Below, in pieces: positions 10,331 to 20,663 of a stretch of 64,000 bases of DNA. This stretch comes from Candidatus Eiseniibacteriota bacterium. GTDB lineage: Bacteria; Eisenbacteria; RBG-16-71-46; JABDJR01. A program made the translations under genes and the position numbers. Numbering within the stretch: position 1 is the stretch's first letter; every line of letters starts with the position of its first letter. The notes under the pieces are model-generated. The model was not told the origin of the DNA. It searched no databases and saw only the letters and a list, made by a program, of their open reading frames with translations. The DNA lies in assembly GCA_963783375.1 (NCBI GenBank), contig CAWANH010000029.1:1504001-1568000 (forward strand), written 5' to 3'.

Positions 10331-13300
10331 ATGAGCACTTCCCTCCAGGCTTCCGTCCGCAACTGTTTCGGCTCGGCAACCCGTTCCCGGGGCGACGCCT
10401 ACTACGCCTCCGGCCGGGTGGCCCCGCTCCGGAACGCCGGGCCGGACCGGGTCGGCGCGGTGGTCCGCGGATCGAGAGCGTACCAGGTCGATCTTCGCCG
10501 CTCCGGCACGACCATTCAGGCCTCGTGCACCTGCCCGTTTCTCCAGCGGGAGCTGGAGCCGTGCAAGCACGTCTGGGCGGCGCTTCGGACGGCGCTGGAG
10601 GCGGGGCATCTGGCCGGAGCCGACGGCGAGCCCCCGACCTACGTGAGCGTGGACACCGACGAGCTTCTGGATCACTTTCTCGATGAAGGTGATGAGGACG
10701 AAGAGGATGCCTCCGGGTCCCCCGCCCCGCGGGAGAGCGACCGGGTAGGGCTCCGGTCGCGGAGCCTCGGCGGCGGGCGGACCCGAGGCCGCCGAAAGCC
10801 GCCGCCCCGCCCCAAGCCCGTGAACTGGAAAGAGGCGATCTCCTCGGTGCAAGGCGCTCAGGAGTCCGTTCCGTCCGGAATCGAGCCGGCCGACGATCCG
10901 GACGCCCGGCGGATCATCTACGTCATCGACGTCGAGGAATCGGCCCGATCGGAAGCCCTCTGTGTTTCGGTGGAGACCCAGGAGCGAAAGGTGAACGGAG
11001 ACTGGGGAAAGCCGAAGACCGTTCGCCGTCTTTCCAGTGAGAGCAAGCTCGCGAGTCCCGACGACCGCGGGATTGCCAGCCTGCTGTTCGGCGATTCGTT
11101 CGCCGCGCCTAGGTGGACGAGCTACGGGTACTCGGATTTCGGAAACGGCGATCGATTCAGATACCTCTCGACCTGGGTCGCCGAGACCGCACTTCCCCTC
11201 CTCTGCCGCACCGGCCGGTGCTTCCTGAAAGAGGAGCGAGAGGCGGCCATCGGCCCCGAGCCCCTCCGATGGGACGCGGAGGGGGATCCCTGGCGGTTCG
11301 GGCTGGAACTGGTCCCCACGGAGGGGAAGCCGGGGTACGACCTCCGGGGGATCCTCCGCCGGGACGGCGAGACGCTCCCCCTTTCCGACCCGCAACTCGT
11401 GTTCGCGGGAGGGGCGATCCTGTTCGAGGACCGTGCCGCCCCTCTCGATGTCCGCGGAGGCTCGGCCTGGATCGCGCTCCTGGGGAAGGCGGGCGCAGTG
11501 CATGTCCCCGGCCGGGAAATCGACCGCTTTCTGGCCCGGTTCTACGACACCCACCCTCGTCCCCCCCTGACCCTTCCGGACGAGTTCAAGCTGGAGAGCG
11601 TTCGGAGCGCGCCCCGGTTCCACCTCGAGGTAGCCACCGGTGGACGGGGGAGGCGGCTCAAGACCTCCCGGCTTCCCTGCCGCCTGCTCTTCCGCTACGG
11701 GGATCTGACCATTCCCTGGGCCGGGGCCCACGGCGATCCGGTCGACCTCGCGGCCCGGCGCGTCTTCCTTCGGGACCCCGATGCGGAGCGCGGCGCAGCC
11801 CGGCGCCTTCACGAGCTGGGTCTCCTCCGCCGTCGGGACCGATGGGATGGGCAGGGTTCTTTCGAGATCCCCTCCCGGAGCCTTCCCGAAGTGGTGCGGG
11901 CCCTCATCGAAGAGGGGTGGACGGTGGAAGCGGAAGGAAAGCTCGTCCGCGGCTCGGGGCGGTTCGACGTCCAGCTCGTTTCGGGTGTGGACTGGTTCGA
12001 TCTTCAGGGAGGAGCCACCTTCGGCGGCGGAACCGCCCGGCTTCCGGAGCTCCTTCGCGCCCTCAAGCACGGCGAACACTGGGTGAAGCTGGACGACGGC
12101 TCCTTCGGCATCCTCGCCGAGGAGTGGCTCCAGGGATTCGGGGATCTGGCCCGGTTGGGCGAGGTGGACGGAGACGCCCTTCGTTTCCGGCGCTCGCAGA
12201 TCGGTCTTCTCGACGTCCTCCTGGCCCAGGAACCCAACGTGGACGTGGACGCCGGGTTCCGGCGAGCCCGGGAGGAGCTCCGCAGCTTCGAAGGCATCAC
12301 CCCCGAGGACCCTCCCCCCTCCTTTCAGGGGACCCTTCGGGACTACCAGCGCGAGGGCCTCGGTTGGTTCCGCTTCCTCGACCGGTTCGGCTTCGGCGGC
12401 TGCCTGGCCGACGACATGGGGCTGGGAAAGACCGTCCAGGTGCTGGCCCTGCTCGCCTCGTTCCCCAGGACCACCGGCAAGCGAAAGCCCTCCCTCGTCG
12501 TGGCCCCGCGATCCCTGGTTTTCAATTGGCTGGAGGAGGCCGCTCGATTCACCCCCCGGCTCCGCTGGCGGGACCACACCGGCATCGGCCGGCGCCGGGA
12601 CGCCCGCGCGTTTTCCCGGTGCGACGTGGTGATCACCACCTACGGGACCCTTCGCCGGGACGTCGCTCTCTTCCGCGAGACGGAGTTCGAGTGCATCGTG
12701 CTGGACGAGGCCCAGGCGATCAAGAATGCGCGGACCCAGGCGTCGCGGGCGGTGCGCCTCCTCCGCGGCCGCCGGCGCCTCGCGCTTTCCGGAACCCCGA
12801 TAGAGAACCACCTGGGGGAACTCTGGAGCCTGTTCGAGTTCCTGAACCCCGGCGTGCTCGGCCGCGCCGCCGCGTTCCGATCCATCGCCAAGCAGGCCGC
12901 CGAGGTGGACTCCCGATCCCGGGATCTCCTGGCCCGCGCCGCCCGTCCCTTCATCCTCCGCCGCACCAAGGCGCAGGTCGCCCGGGAGCTTCCCGCGCGA
13001 ACCGAACAGACCCTCTACTGCGAGATGAACAAGGAGCAACGGCGTCTCTACGACGAGCTCCTCGCCCACTACCGTTCCGCGCTCATGTCGCGGGTCGAGG
13101 AAAAGGGGATCGAGCGCTCGCGGATACAGGTTCTCGAGGCTCTTCTGCGATTGCGCCAGGCCGCCTGCCACCCCGGTCTGATCGACCGCGGCCGCCGGGA
13201 GGAACCGAGCGCCAAGCTCGACGCCCTCTTCCCGCAGATTGAGGAGATCCTGACCGAAGACCACAAGGCCCTGGTCTTCTCCCAGTTCACCAGCTTCCTC

Positions 13301-13714
13301 TCCATCGTGCGGGACCGCCTGGACGCGGCGGGAACGCCCTACGCCTACCTGGACGGCCGCACCCGCAAGCGGGCCGGGGTGGTGCGCAGGTTCCAGGAGG
13401 ATCCGGACTGCCCCCTCTTCCTCATCAGCCTGAAGGCGGGAGGGCTCGGCCTCAACCTGACCGCGGCCGAGTACGTGTATCTCCTGGATCCGTGGTGGAA
13501 CCCCGCGGTGGAGGCCCAGGCCATCGACCGGACCCATCGGATCGGGCAGACCCGTCCCGTCTTCGCCTACCGGATGGTCGTCCGGAACACGGTCGAGGAG
13601 CGGATCCTCGAGCTGCAGTCCGCCAAGAAGGAGCTTGCCGACTCCATCATCCGCGCCGACGACCGGACCGGGTTCCGCCTCACCCGGGAGGACCTGGAGC
13701 TCCTGCTCTCGTAG
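10331..13714 (+). CDS. SWIM zinc-finger SNF2-family helicase
   Basis: N-terminal CTC...CKH SWIM finger; LADDMGLGKT, LDEAQ, LSGTPIEN, LVFSQF and QAIDRTHRIGQ. Start could be slightly further upstream. Confidence 0.93.
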   Translation: MSTSLQASVRNCFGSATRSRGDAYYASGRVAPLRNAGPDRVGAVVRGSRAYQVDLRRSGTTIQASCTCPFLQRELEPCKHVWAALRTALEAGHLAGADGEPPTYVSVDTDELLDHFLDEGDEDEEDASGSPAPRESDRVGLRSRSLGGGRTRGRRKPPPRPKPVNWKEAISSVQGAQESVPSGIEPADDPDARRIIYVIDVEESARSEALCVSVETQERKVNGDWGKPKTVRRLSSESKLASPDDRGIASLLFGDSFAAPRWTSYGYSDFGNGDRFRYLSTWVAETALPLLCRTGRCFLKEEREAAIGPEPLRWDAEGDPWRFGLELVPTEGKPGYDLRGILRRDGETLPLSDPQLVFAGGAILFEDRAAPLDVRGGSAWIALLGKAGAVHVPGREIDRFLARFYDTHPRPPLTLPDEFKLESVRSAPRFHLEVATGGRGRRLKTSRLPCRLLFRYGDLTIPWAGAHGDPVDLAARRVFLRDPDAERGAARRLHELGLLRRRDRWDGQGSFEIPSRSLPEVVRALIEEGWTVEAEGKLVRGSGRFDVQLVSGVDWFDLQGGATFGGGTARLPELLRALKHGEHWVKLDDGSFGILAEEWLQGFGDLARLGEVDGDALRFRRSQIGLLDVLLAQEPNVDVDAGFRRAREELRSFEGITPEDPPPSFQGTLRDYQREGLGWFRFLDRFGFGGCLADDMGLGKTVQVLALLASFPRTTGKRKPSLVVAPRSLVFNWLEEAARFTPRLRWRDHTGIGRRRDARAFSRCDVVITTYGTLRRDVALFRETEFECIVLDEAQAIKNARTQASRAVRLLRGRRRLALSGTPIENHLGELWSLFEFLNPGVLGRAAAFRSIAKQAAEVDSRSRDLLARAARPFILRRTKAQVARELPARTEQTLYCEMNKEQRRLYDELLAHYRSALMSRVEEKGIERSRIQVLEALLRLRQAACHPGLIDRGRREEPSAKLDALFPQIEEILTEDHKALVFSQFTSFLSIVRDRLDAAGTPYAYLDGRTRKRAGVVRRFQEDPDCPLFLISLKAGGLGLNLTAAEYVYLLDPWWNPAVEAQAIDRTHRIGQTRPVFAYRMVVRNTVEERILELQSAKKELADSIIRADDRTGFRLTREDLELLLS

Positions 13715-13813
13715 GTCGACCCATTCAGGAGGCCGTGTCGCGAGGGGGAGCGGATGCCCGCCGCCGCAGCGGGTTCGTGAATGGGTCGGGCCGGCTTGGG
13801 TATACTTCCCCCG

Positions 13814-14875
13814 ATGTCCGCTTCCCCGGCCCCCCACCCCATCGAGTCCCATCTCGTCCACTGGCCCCGGCTCCCGTGGCCGGCGGACTGGGACGCGGTC
13901 TTCGGGCGCGCGGCTCCCCTCGCCCTCGAGCTGGGGTTCGGGAACGGCGAGTTCCTGGAAGGGCTGGTGCGCGAGCGGCCCGACGTGAACTGGGTCGGCG
14001 CCGAGCTCTCCTGGGCCTCGGCCCGCCGGCTCCTCGGCCGCCTGGAGCGTCTGGCGGCGCCGAACGCGCGGGTGCTGGTAGGCGACGGGGTGTTTCTCCT
14101 CGAACATCTCTTCCCCCGCGGCTCCCTGGACGAGATCTACGTCAACCACCCCGACCCCTGGCCGAAGAAACGCCATCACGGGAGGCGGGTCGTCCAGCCG
14201 GGGTTTCTGGATCTGGCGGCCCGGCGGCTCCGGCCGGGAGGGAGGCTGACCGTGGTCACCGACCACGCGGACTACGCGGACTGGATCGCCGGGGTCCTGG
14301 AGGGGCAGGCCGCGCTCGAGCCGGCTCACGGCGCCACCCGCGTCCCGGAGCTTCCGGGCCGCGCCGCCACCAAGTACGAGCGGAAGGGCCGCGAGGCCGG
14401 CTCGCGCATCCACTATTTCGTCTGGCGGAAAACGACGGCGGGAGGGCCCGAGCCCCCCCACGTGGAGACCCTGAACACCATGCCCAACGTCATGCTGGAA
14501 GGCACCGTCTCCGGAACCGATCTGCTTCCGGGGTTCGAACCCCGCACCTGGGCCGAGGAACGGGCGGGCGGCCGCGTCCTCGTCCAACTCCTGGGCGTGT
14601 TCGCCCGCGCCGACGGGGGCGAATGGATGGTGGAAGCCCGCATCCAGGAAGGCGGCTTCACCCAGCACGTGGGCATCTCGGTCATCCCGAAAACCGACGA
14701 GCGCATCCTGATCAAACCGGCCTCCTACGGCTTTCCCCGCCCGACCTTCGGGCTCAAGCGGGCGGTGCGACGGGTGGCCGGACTCGTTCTCGCCGCGCAC
14801 CCGGAACTCAGGATCCACGCTTCGTCGGTGGGCGCGCCGGACCCCGGACCCTCCCCCACCGGGGCCTCGGACTGA
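13814..14875 (+). CDS. trmB: tRNA (guanine-N7)-methyltransferase with C-terminal extension
   Basis: LELGFGNG, NHPDPWPKKRH, TDH and TKYE motifs, plus an extra C-terminal domain of about 130 aa. Confidence 0.88.
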   Translation: MSASPAPHPIESHLVHWPRLPWPADWDAVFGRAAPLALELGFGNGEFLEGLVRERPDVNWVGAELSWASARRLLGRLERLAAPNARVLVGDGVFLLEHLFPRGSLDEIYVNHPDPWPKKRHHGRRVVQPGFLDLAARRLRPGGRLTVVTDHADYADWIAGVLEGQAALEPAHGATRVPELPGRAATKYERKGREAGSRIHYFVWRKTTAGGPEPPHVETLNTMPNVMLEGTVSGTDLLPGFEPRTWAEERAGGRVLVQLLGVFARADGGEWMVEARIQEGGFTQHVGISVIPKTDERILIKPASYGFPRPTFGLKRAVRRVAGLVLAAHPELRIHASSVGAPDPGPSPTGASD

Positions 14876-14944
14876 CCGCAGCACCCCCCGACACTATCCC
14901 GGAATCCCCAACCCAAACCGCGCCACCGGCTTGCGGCGGGTCGC

Positions 14945-14995
14945 GAAGTTAGATAAGATGCTATAGATTAGGGACGTGACAGTAATCGGGGAGGC
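14945..14995 (+). promoter_or_regulatory. AT-rich putative promoter and RBS of the ECF sigma cassette
   Basis: AAGTTAGATAAGATGCTATAGATTA in a GC-rich background, with GGAGG before ATG 14999. Confidence 0.4.
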
Positions 14996-14998
14996 CAC

Positions 14999-15604
14999 AT
15001 GCCGAGGGAGCAGGATCATCTGAAGGACACGTCCGCGACCCCGGCCGACCTGGAGTCCACCGCCGTCCTCCTGGCCCAGGTGCGTGAGGGGGACGAGGCG
15101 GCCCGGAACCGGCTCGTTCGCCGATATCTCCCCATCCTGGAGCGCTGGGCCCGGGGACGACTCCCCGCCCGGGCCCGCGGTCTGGCCGACACCGACGATC
15201 TTGTGCAGGTAACCCTGCTCCGGGCGTTGGATAGGGTGAAGGACTTCGAACCCCGCCGGGAGGGCGCGTTCCTCGCCTACCTCCGGCGGATCCTTCGGAA
15301 CCAGATCCTGGACCATCTCCGACGGGCGGACCGGCGACCGAGCAACGAGTTGCTCGACGAACGCCTTCCCGCCGGGGACCCCTCCCCGCTGGAATCGATG
15401 GTGGGGGTGGAAACCCTGGCCGCCTACGAGGGCGCCCTGGACCGGCTATCCGATGAACAGCGGGAGGCGGTGGTCCTCAGGATCGAGTTCGGCTTCACCT
15501 ACGAGCAGATCGCCGAGGCCATCGGGAGCCCGTCCTGGAACGCGGCCCGCATGACGGTATCCCGGGCCCTGGTGCGGCTGGCGGAGTGCATGCATGCAGG
15601 ATGA
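14999..15604 (+). CDS. ECF RNA polymerase sigma factor
   Basis: Region 2 (DDLVQ, FLAYLRRI.RN) and region 4 helix-turn-helix (LSDEQREAVVLR...YEQIAE). Overlaps the kinase start. Confidence 0.92.
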   Translation: MPREQDHLKDTSATPADLESTAVLLAQVREGDEAARNRLVRRYLPILERWARGRLPARARGLADTDDLVQVTLLRALDRVKDFEPRREGAFLAYLRRILRNQILDHLRRADRRPSNELLDERLPAGDPSPLESMVGVETLAAYEGALDRLSDEQREAVVLRIEFGFTYEQIAEAIGSPSWNAARMTVSRALVRLAECMHAG

Positions 15605-17300
15605 ACACGATACCCTGACCCGGCTCGCCCGCTCGGTCTCGGACGGAGACGCCGTCGACTGGGAGAAGGAGCTTCTCGAGAACTCGGGGCTCCGGACGGT
15701 GGTCGAACGTCTCCGCACGGTCCAGAGAATCGGCGAGCTGTCGCAATCGCCCCCCGAGGTTCCGACCCCCGGTGGCCTCTCGCCGGAGGGCGTGATGGGA
15801 ACCATCCGGTTCCACGACCTTCCCACCTGGGGCCCCCTGACCCTGATCGAGCGGATCGGCCAGGGATCCTTCGGAGAGGTCTACCTGGCCCACGATCCCA
15901 CCCTGGACCGCGACGTCGCCCTGAAGCTGCGCAATCCGGGCGTGGTCAAGGACGACTCCACCTTTCTTCGCGAGGCCCGGCGTCTGGCCCGGATCCGCCA
16001 TCCCAACGTCCTCACCGTGTACGGGGCCGACCGCCACGAAGGCCGCGCCGGGCTGTGGTGCGATCTCATCCAGGGGAAGACGCTCGAGGCATCCCTGGCC
16101 GATCAGGGGTCCTTCAGCTCCCGCGAGACCGCCCTGATCGGGGTCGAACTCTGCCGGGCGCTGGCCGCGGTCCATTCCGCGGGCCTGGTGCACGGAGACG
16201 TGAAGACCCAGAACGTCATGCGGGAAGAGGGCGGGAAGATCGTCCTCATGGACTTCAGCTCGGCCATCGACCGGGATCCCGACCGGATCCCGGAAGAGGA
16301 GAAGGGCACCTCGGGAACCCCGCTCTTCATGGCCCCGGAGCTCTTCCACGGGGAAGCCATGACCCCGTCCTCCGACATCTATTCCCTGGGAGTCGTCCTC
16401 TACCGCCTGGTGAGCGGCCGCTACCCGGTGGAAGCCGAGAGCTTCGCGGAGCTTCGGGAAAAGCACGATCGGATGGAGACCACTCCCCTCCTCGACGTAC
16501 GCCCCGACCTGTCCTCCGGTTTCGTCCAGGTCGTGGCCCGGGCCATCGCCCGCGATCCCAAGGACCGGTACCGGAGCGCGGGGGAGATGGAACGCGCGCT
16601 TTGCCTGGCCCTCCACGGGGAGTCGGAGAACCGGCCCGAGTCGCGGTTTCCGCGGCTCCAGGTTTGGATCCTGGCCGCCGCCGCCACCGCTCTGGTAATC
16701 GCCGCCGCGGTCTTCGGCCCGCGCATGCTGGCCACGCCTTTCGAGGCCCGGGCGTCCCTGTTCAGAGTGGGTCCGAACGCCGACGAACGGCTGGTGGAAG
16801 GCGCAGCGATCGCTCCCGGCGACCAGCTCTTCCTCGAGATCGAGGGCTCGAAGCCCTGCAACGTCTACGTGGTGAACGAGGACGACGCCCGCCACGGCTA
16901 CCTGCTCTTTCCCCTGGATGGCCTGGACGTGGTCAACCCACTCCCCGCCGGGACGGCGGTCCGCCTCCCGGGTACGGTGGACGGCACGCCGTTCTACTGG
17001 GACGTGACCAGTTCCGGCGGGAGCGAGGTGCTCCTGGTGGTGGCTTCCCGGAAGCCGCTCCCCGATCTGGAGCGGGAGCTGGCCGGTCTGACCCCCGCGC
17101 AACCGGGGGGACCGGTCGAGATCGGGAAGCCGGAGGTAATCGACCGGCTCCGCGGCATCGGCGGGTTCTCCGCCCGCCGCTCCGAGGCCCCGGAGGGAGC
17201 GCCCCGCGTCGCCGACATCAACCGCCGGGTCTCGCTCAAGACCTCTCGCCATAGCGGCGTCTGGTCGTGGGAGATCCGTCTAGCGAACTCCGGGGCATAG
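15594..17300 (+). CDS. Membrane Ser/Thr protein kinase with DUF4384-like extracytoplasmic domain
   Basis: GQGSFGEV, VALK, HGDVKTQN, DFS (instead of DFG), GTPLFMAPE and DIYSLG. One TM helix (VWILAAAATALVIAAAVF), then a beta-rich domain (GDQLFLEI, VYVVN, LLFP). Confidence 0.9.
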   Translation: MQDEHDTLTRLARSVSDGDAVDWEKELLENSGLRTVVERLRTVQRIGELSQSPPEVPTPGGLSPEGVMGTIRFHDLPTWGPLTLIERIGQGSFGEVYLAHDPTLDRDVALKLRNPGVVKDDSTFLREARRLARIRHPNVLTVYGADRHEGRAGLWCDLIQGKTLEASLADQGSFSSRETALIGVELCRALAAVHSAGLVHGDVKTQNVMREEGGKIVLMDFSSAIDRDPDRIPEEEKGTSGTPLFMAPELFHGEAMTPSSDIYSLGVVLYRLVSGRYPVEAESFAELREKHDRMETTPLLDVRPDLSSGFVQVVARAIARDPKDRYRSAGEMERALCLALHGESENRPESRFPRLQVWILAAAATALVIAAAVFGPRMLATPFEARASLFRVGPNADERLVEGAAIAPGDQLFLEIEGSKPCNVYVVNEDDARHGYLLFPLDGLDVVNPLPAGTAVRLPGTVDGTPFYWDVTSSGGSEVLLVVASRKPLPDLERELAGLTPAQPGGPVEIGKPEVIDRLRGIGGFSARRSEAPEGAPRVADINRRVSLKTSRHSGVWSWEIRLANSGA

Positions 17301-17311
17301 AAGGCCCGGTG

Positions 17312-20300
17312 ATGCACGGATCCGGTCAACGAACGACGGGGGCGCCCCCAACGCGGCGCCCCCGGGGTTCGCGTCTCAGCCGCGTCGTGGTAGGCCTCGG
17401 GCTCCTGGCCTGGCTTCCAGCGCCGCTCGTCGCGGCGGCCGCTCCGCCGGCTTCCGGTCGGTCCGCGGGGATCCCGCGCTCCCCCGCATTCGAAGCCGTG
17501 TACGCCCTTCTCGACGCGAACCGCTACGAGGCGGCGGACAGCCTGGCCCGGTCGGCGCTCTCCCGCGCGGAGCGGGAGCACGGGCCGGAGTCCCTCGAGG
17601 CGGCGCGGGCGCTGGACCTGGTGGTGGACGTCATGGGGCGCCGCGGCGGGGACGCTTCCAAGGAGGCGGAGGACGCCCTGGGACGCGCCCTGGCGATCCG
17701 GAAACGGCTCCTCGATCCCGAGAATCCCGAGCTCGCCGCGTCCATGAGCGGGCTCGGTGACTTCTACGCGCGGGCCGAGAAGTACGACAAGGCCCGGCCG
17801 CTCCTGGAGGAGGCCCTGGCGATCCAGGAGAAGACGTTGCCGCCGGACTCCCCCCGGCTCGCGGCGAGCCTGGGACGCATGGGCCTCTTCCTCATCGAGA
17901 TCGCGGACTATCCGGCGGCCGTCGACGCCCTGGAGCGCCAGCAGGCCGCGCTCGAACTGGCCCCCGAGGTCGACGCCCGGGCCCTCGCCCAGAACGCCTA
18001 CAGCCTGGCCCGGGTGGAGCGGATGCTGGGACGCTACTCCGGCGCGGAGGAGGATTACCGCCGGAGCGTCCGGCTCACCCGGGAGAGCTACGGTCCCGAG
18101 AGCGCCGTCGTTGCGTGGCCGCTGAACGGCTTGGCCACCCTTCACGAGAACGTCGGCGAGTACGTCGAGGCGCGACGCCTCTACGAGCGCGCCCTGGCCA
18201 TCGCCGACAGCACCCTCGAGCCGAAGAACCCCTTCATCGCCTCGTGCCTCAACAACCTGGCCTACGTCCTCGTCAAGCTGGGCGACTACGACGAGGCCCG
18301 GAGCACTCTGGTCCGGGCCCTCGCCCTGGCCAGGGCCGCGCAGGAACCCGACCGGGCCCGGATCGCCGCCATTCTCAGCGTCCTCGCCGGGGTCCAGTCG
18401 AGACAGGGCAACATCTCCGAGGCGCTCTCGCTTCACGACGAAGCACTGGCTCTCCGGGAGAGCTTTCTCGGGCCCGACCATCCCTTCCTGGCCACCAACC
18501 TCCAGGGTCGCGGATTCTGTCTCCTGTGTGAGGGAAAGCCGGGAGAGGCCGAGGCGGATTTCCGCCGGGCGTTGCACATCCTGGAGGCACCCGTGACCGG
18601 GAGCTCGTTCGACGACCTCGCGGTGGCCGCCAAGGGCCTCGGCGACGCGCTCTCCGCCCAAGGGCACCTCGATGAGGCGGCGGAGGCCTATGCGAAGGCG
18701 CTGGATACCGCCCAATCGAAGCTCGGTGGGAACCATCCCCGCGTGGCCGAGGTCTGCTCGGCGATCTCGGCCCTCGACCGCACCCGTGGGAACCGGGAAG
18801 AAGCCCTGGCCATGGCCCTTCGAGCTGAAACCGTCTCCCGGGAGCACCTTCGCCTGACCGCGGCCTCCCTTCCCGAAACGGAAGCCCTGGCCTACGCCCG
18901 GGTGGCCCGCACCGGCCTGGACCAGGCGTTGGCGCTCGCGACGCAGGGCCTTGCCCCCGGGGCGCGAAGATCCGTGTGGGACGCGCTCGTCCGGGACCGC
19001 CTCACCGTTCTCGACGTCATGGCGGCGAGGCATCGGGCCCTGAGGGCGTCCCGTGACCCGGCGACCGCCGACAAGGCCCGCGAGCTGATGGACGCCAGCC
19101 GCGCCCTGGCCCATCTCCTGGTCAGCGGTCCGGAAGCGGGAGAAGGCGGGCGATACGGCGCGAAGCTGGAGGAGGCCACGAAGCGGCGCGAGGAGGCGGA
19201 GCGCGCGCTGGTGGAAACGAGTTCAGGGTACGGGCTGGATCCAGGCGGCGAGCCGGCCGGGTTCGCCGACGTCGCCGGCCGGGTTCCCGCGGGCGGCGCC
19301 CTTCTCGCCTATGCCCGGTACCGCGAGGCGGGCCCGCCGGCCGGGGAGTGCGTCCCCGGCGAGGGCGGCGCCTCCAGGTACCTGGCCTTCGTCCTCATCC
19401 CGGGTACCCGCAAGGTCGAGGTCATCCCGCTGGGCGCCGCGGCGGGTATCGACAGCCTGGTTGGCGAGTGGGCGGGGCAGGCGGGACGCCCGCCCGACGG
19501 GGAGCACGAGGACGCGCTTCGCGAGATCGGATCCCGGCTCCGGGCGACGGTCTGGGACCCGGTGGCCCCGTATCTCCGGGGAGCGGACCGCATCTATATC
19601 GTCCCCGACGGCGCTCTCGCCCTGGTCAACCTGGACGCGCTTCCCTCCGAAGCCTCGAGCTACCTGGCGGAAACCGCTCCCCTCTTCCAGTACCTCTCGG
19701 CCGAACGGGATCTGATCCCGGCGTCCCGGGGCACCCGGGCCAACACGGAGCTTCTGGCCATGGGCGCCCCGGACTTCGATGCCGGGAGCACGGGCCCGGT
19801 GAGCGGGTCCCTGTCCGCCACGGCCCCGGACTCGACCGGGCCGGGCCGGCTTCGCGGACACGGGCGGACGCTGCCGACCCTCAAGGGGGTCAGGTTTCGT
19901 CCCCTGCCCGCCACCGCCACCGAGGTGCGGACGATCGCCGGGGTCTGGCGGGATGTCGCGCGCCGCGGTTCGGCCGGCGCGGGGGGCGGCAAGCCGGTGG
20001 GGCCAGTGCGGCTCCTGACCGGTTCCGCGGCCACCGAGGCCGCCTTCAAGCTCGAGGCCCCCCGGGCCCGGGTGATTCACCTTGCCACCCACGGGTTCTT
20101 CCTCGACGGAAGCGGTACCCCCGGCGGAACGGGCACGCGAGGAATCGCCGGCCTCAGCCCCCGCCGGCCGGCTCCGGCACGGGCCGACAACCCCTTCCTG
20201 CTGGCCGGCCTGGCCATGGCCGGAGCGAACCACCGGGACGCAGACAAGCCGGGATCCGAGGACGGCATTCTCACCGCCCAGGAGATCGCCGTCTTGGACC

Positions 20301-20626
20301 TCACCGGGGCGGACTGGGTGGTTCTCTCCGCATGCGAGACGGGGGTGGGACGCATCAGGACGGGCGAAGGGGTCATGGGGCTCCGCCGCGCCTTCCAGAT
20401 CGCCGGCGCGCACGCCCTCGTCATGAGCCTCTGGGCGGTGGACGACGAGGCCGCCTCTGACTGGATGGAGTCCTTCTACCGCGCGCGGATCACCGGAGAA
20501 AAAGATGCCGCCGCCGCCGCCCGGGCGGCCACTCTCAACGCGCTGGCGCACACCAGGACGAAGACTGGAGGCGACAACCCGTTCTACTGGGGCGGGTTCA
20601 TCGCGGTCGGCGCGGGAGCGAAGTGA
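17312..20626 (+). CDS. Exported TPR-repeat CHAT (caspase-like) protease
   Basis: N-terminal signal-like hydrophobic segment, roughly 10 TPR units, and the CHAT dyad HLATHG / LSACETG, with SLWAVDD and YWGGF. Confidence 0.92.
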   Translation: MHGSGQRTTGAPPTRRPRGSRLSRVVVGLGLLAWLPAPLVAAAAPPASGRSAGIPRSPAFEAVYALLDANRYEAADSLARSALSRAEREHGPESLEAARALDLVVDVMGRRGGDASKEAEDALGRALAIRKRLLDPENPELAASMSGLGDFYARAEKYDKARPLLEEALAIQEKTLPPDSPRLAASLGRMGLFLIEIADYPAAVDALERQQAALELAPEVDARALAQNAYSLARVERMLGRYSGAEEDYRRSVRLTRESYGPESAVVAWPLNGLATLHENVGEYVEARRLYERALAIADSTLEPKNPFIASCLNNLAYVLVKLGDYDEARSTLVRALALARAAQEPDRARIAAILSVLAGVQSRQGNISEALSLHDEALALRESFLGPDHPFLATNLQGRGFCLLCEGKPGEAEADFRRALHILEAPVTGSSFDDLAVAAKGLGDALSAQGHLDEAAEAYAKALDTAQSKLGGNHPRVAEVCSAISALDRTRGNREEALAMALRAETVSREHLRLTAASLPETEALAYARVARTGLDQALALATQGLAPGARRSVWDALVRDRLTVLDVMAARHRALRASRDPATADKARELMDASRALAHLLVSGPEAGEGGRYGAKLEEATKRREEAERALVETSSGYGLDPGGEPAGFADVAGRVPAGGALLAYARYREAGPPAGECVPGEGGASRYLAFVLIPGTRKVEVIPLGAAAGIDSLVGEWAGQAGRPPDGEHEDALREIGSRLRATVWDPVAPYLRGADRIYIVPDGALALVNLDALPSEASSYLAETAPLFQYLSAERDLIPASRGTRANTELLAMGAPDFDAGSTGPVSGSLSATAPDSTGPGRLRGHGRTLPTLKGVRFRPLPATATEVRTIAGVWRDVARRGSAGAGGGKPVGPVRLLTGSAATEAAFKLEAPRARVIHLATHGFFLDGSGTPGGTGTRGIAGLSPRRPAPARADNPFLLAGLAMAGANHRDADKPGSEDGILTAQEIAVLDLTGADWVVLSACETGVGRIRTGEGVMGLRRAFQIAGAHALVMSLWAVDDEAASDWMESFYRARITGEKDAAAAARAATLNALAHTRTKTGGDNPFYWGGFIAVGAGAK

Positions 20627-20663
20627 ACCGTCAGGACCGAGTAACGGAAAGGAGACCCAACCG

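Noticed and set aside
10331-13714. SNF2 helicase as an anti-phage system component
   Set aside because: It has the common stand-alone SWIM-SNF2 architecture next to trmB, with no methylase or nuclease partners.
17312-20626. CHAT protein as type III-E CRISPR Csx29
   Set aside because: No Cas7-11, Csx30/31 or array is present, and the protein appears to be exported.
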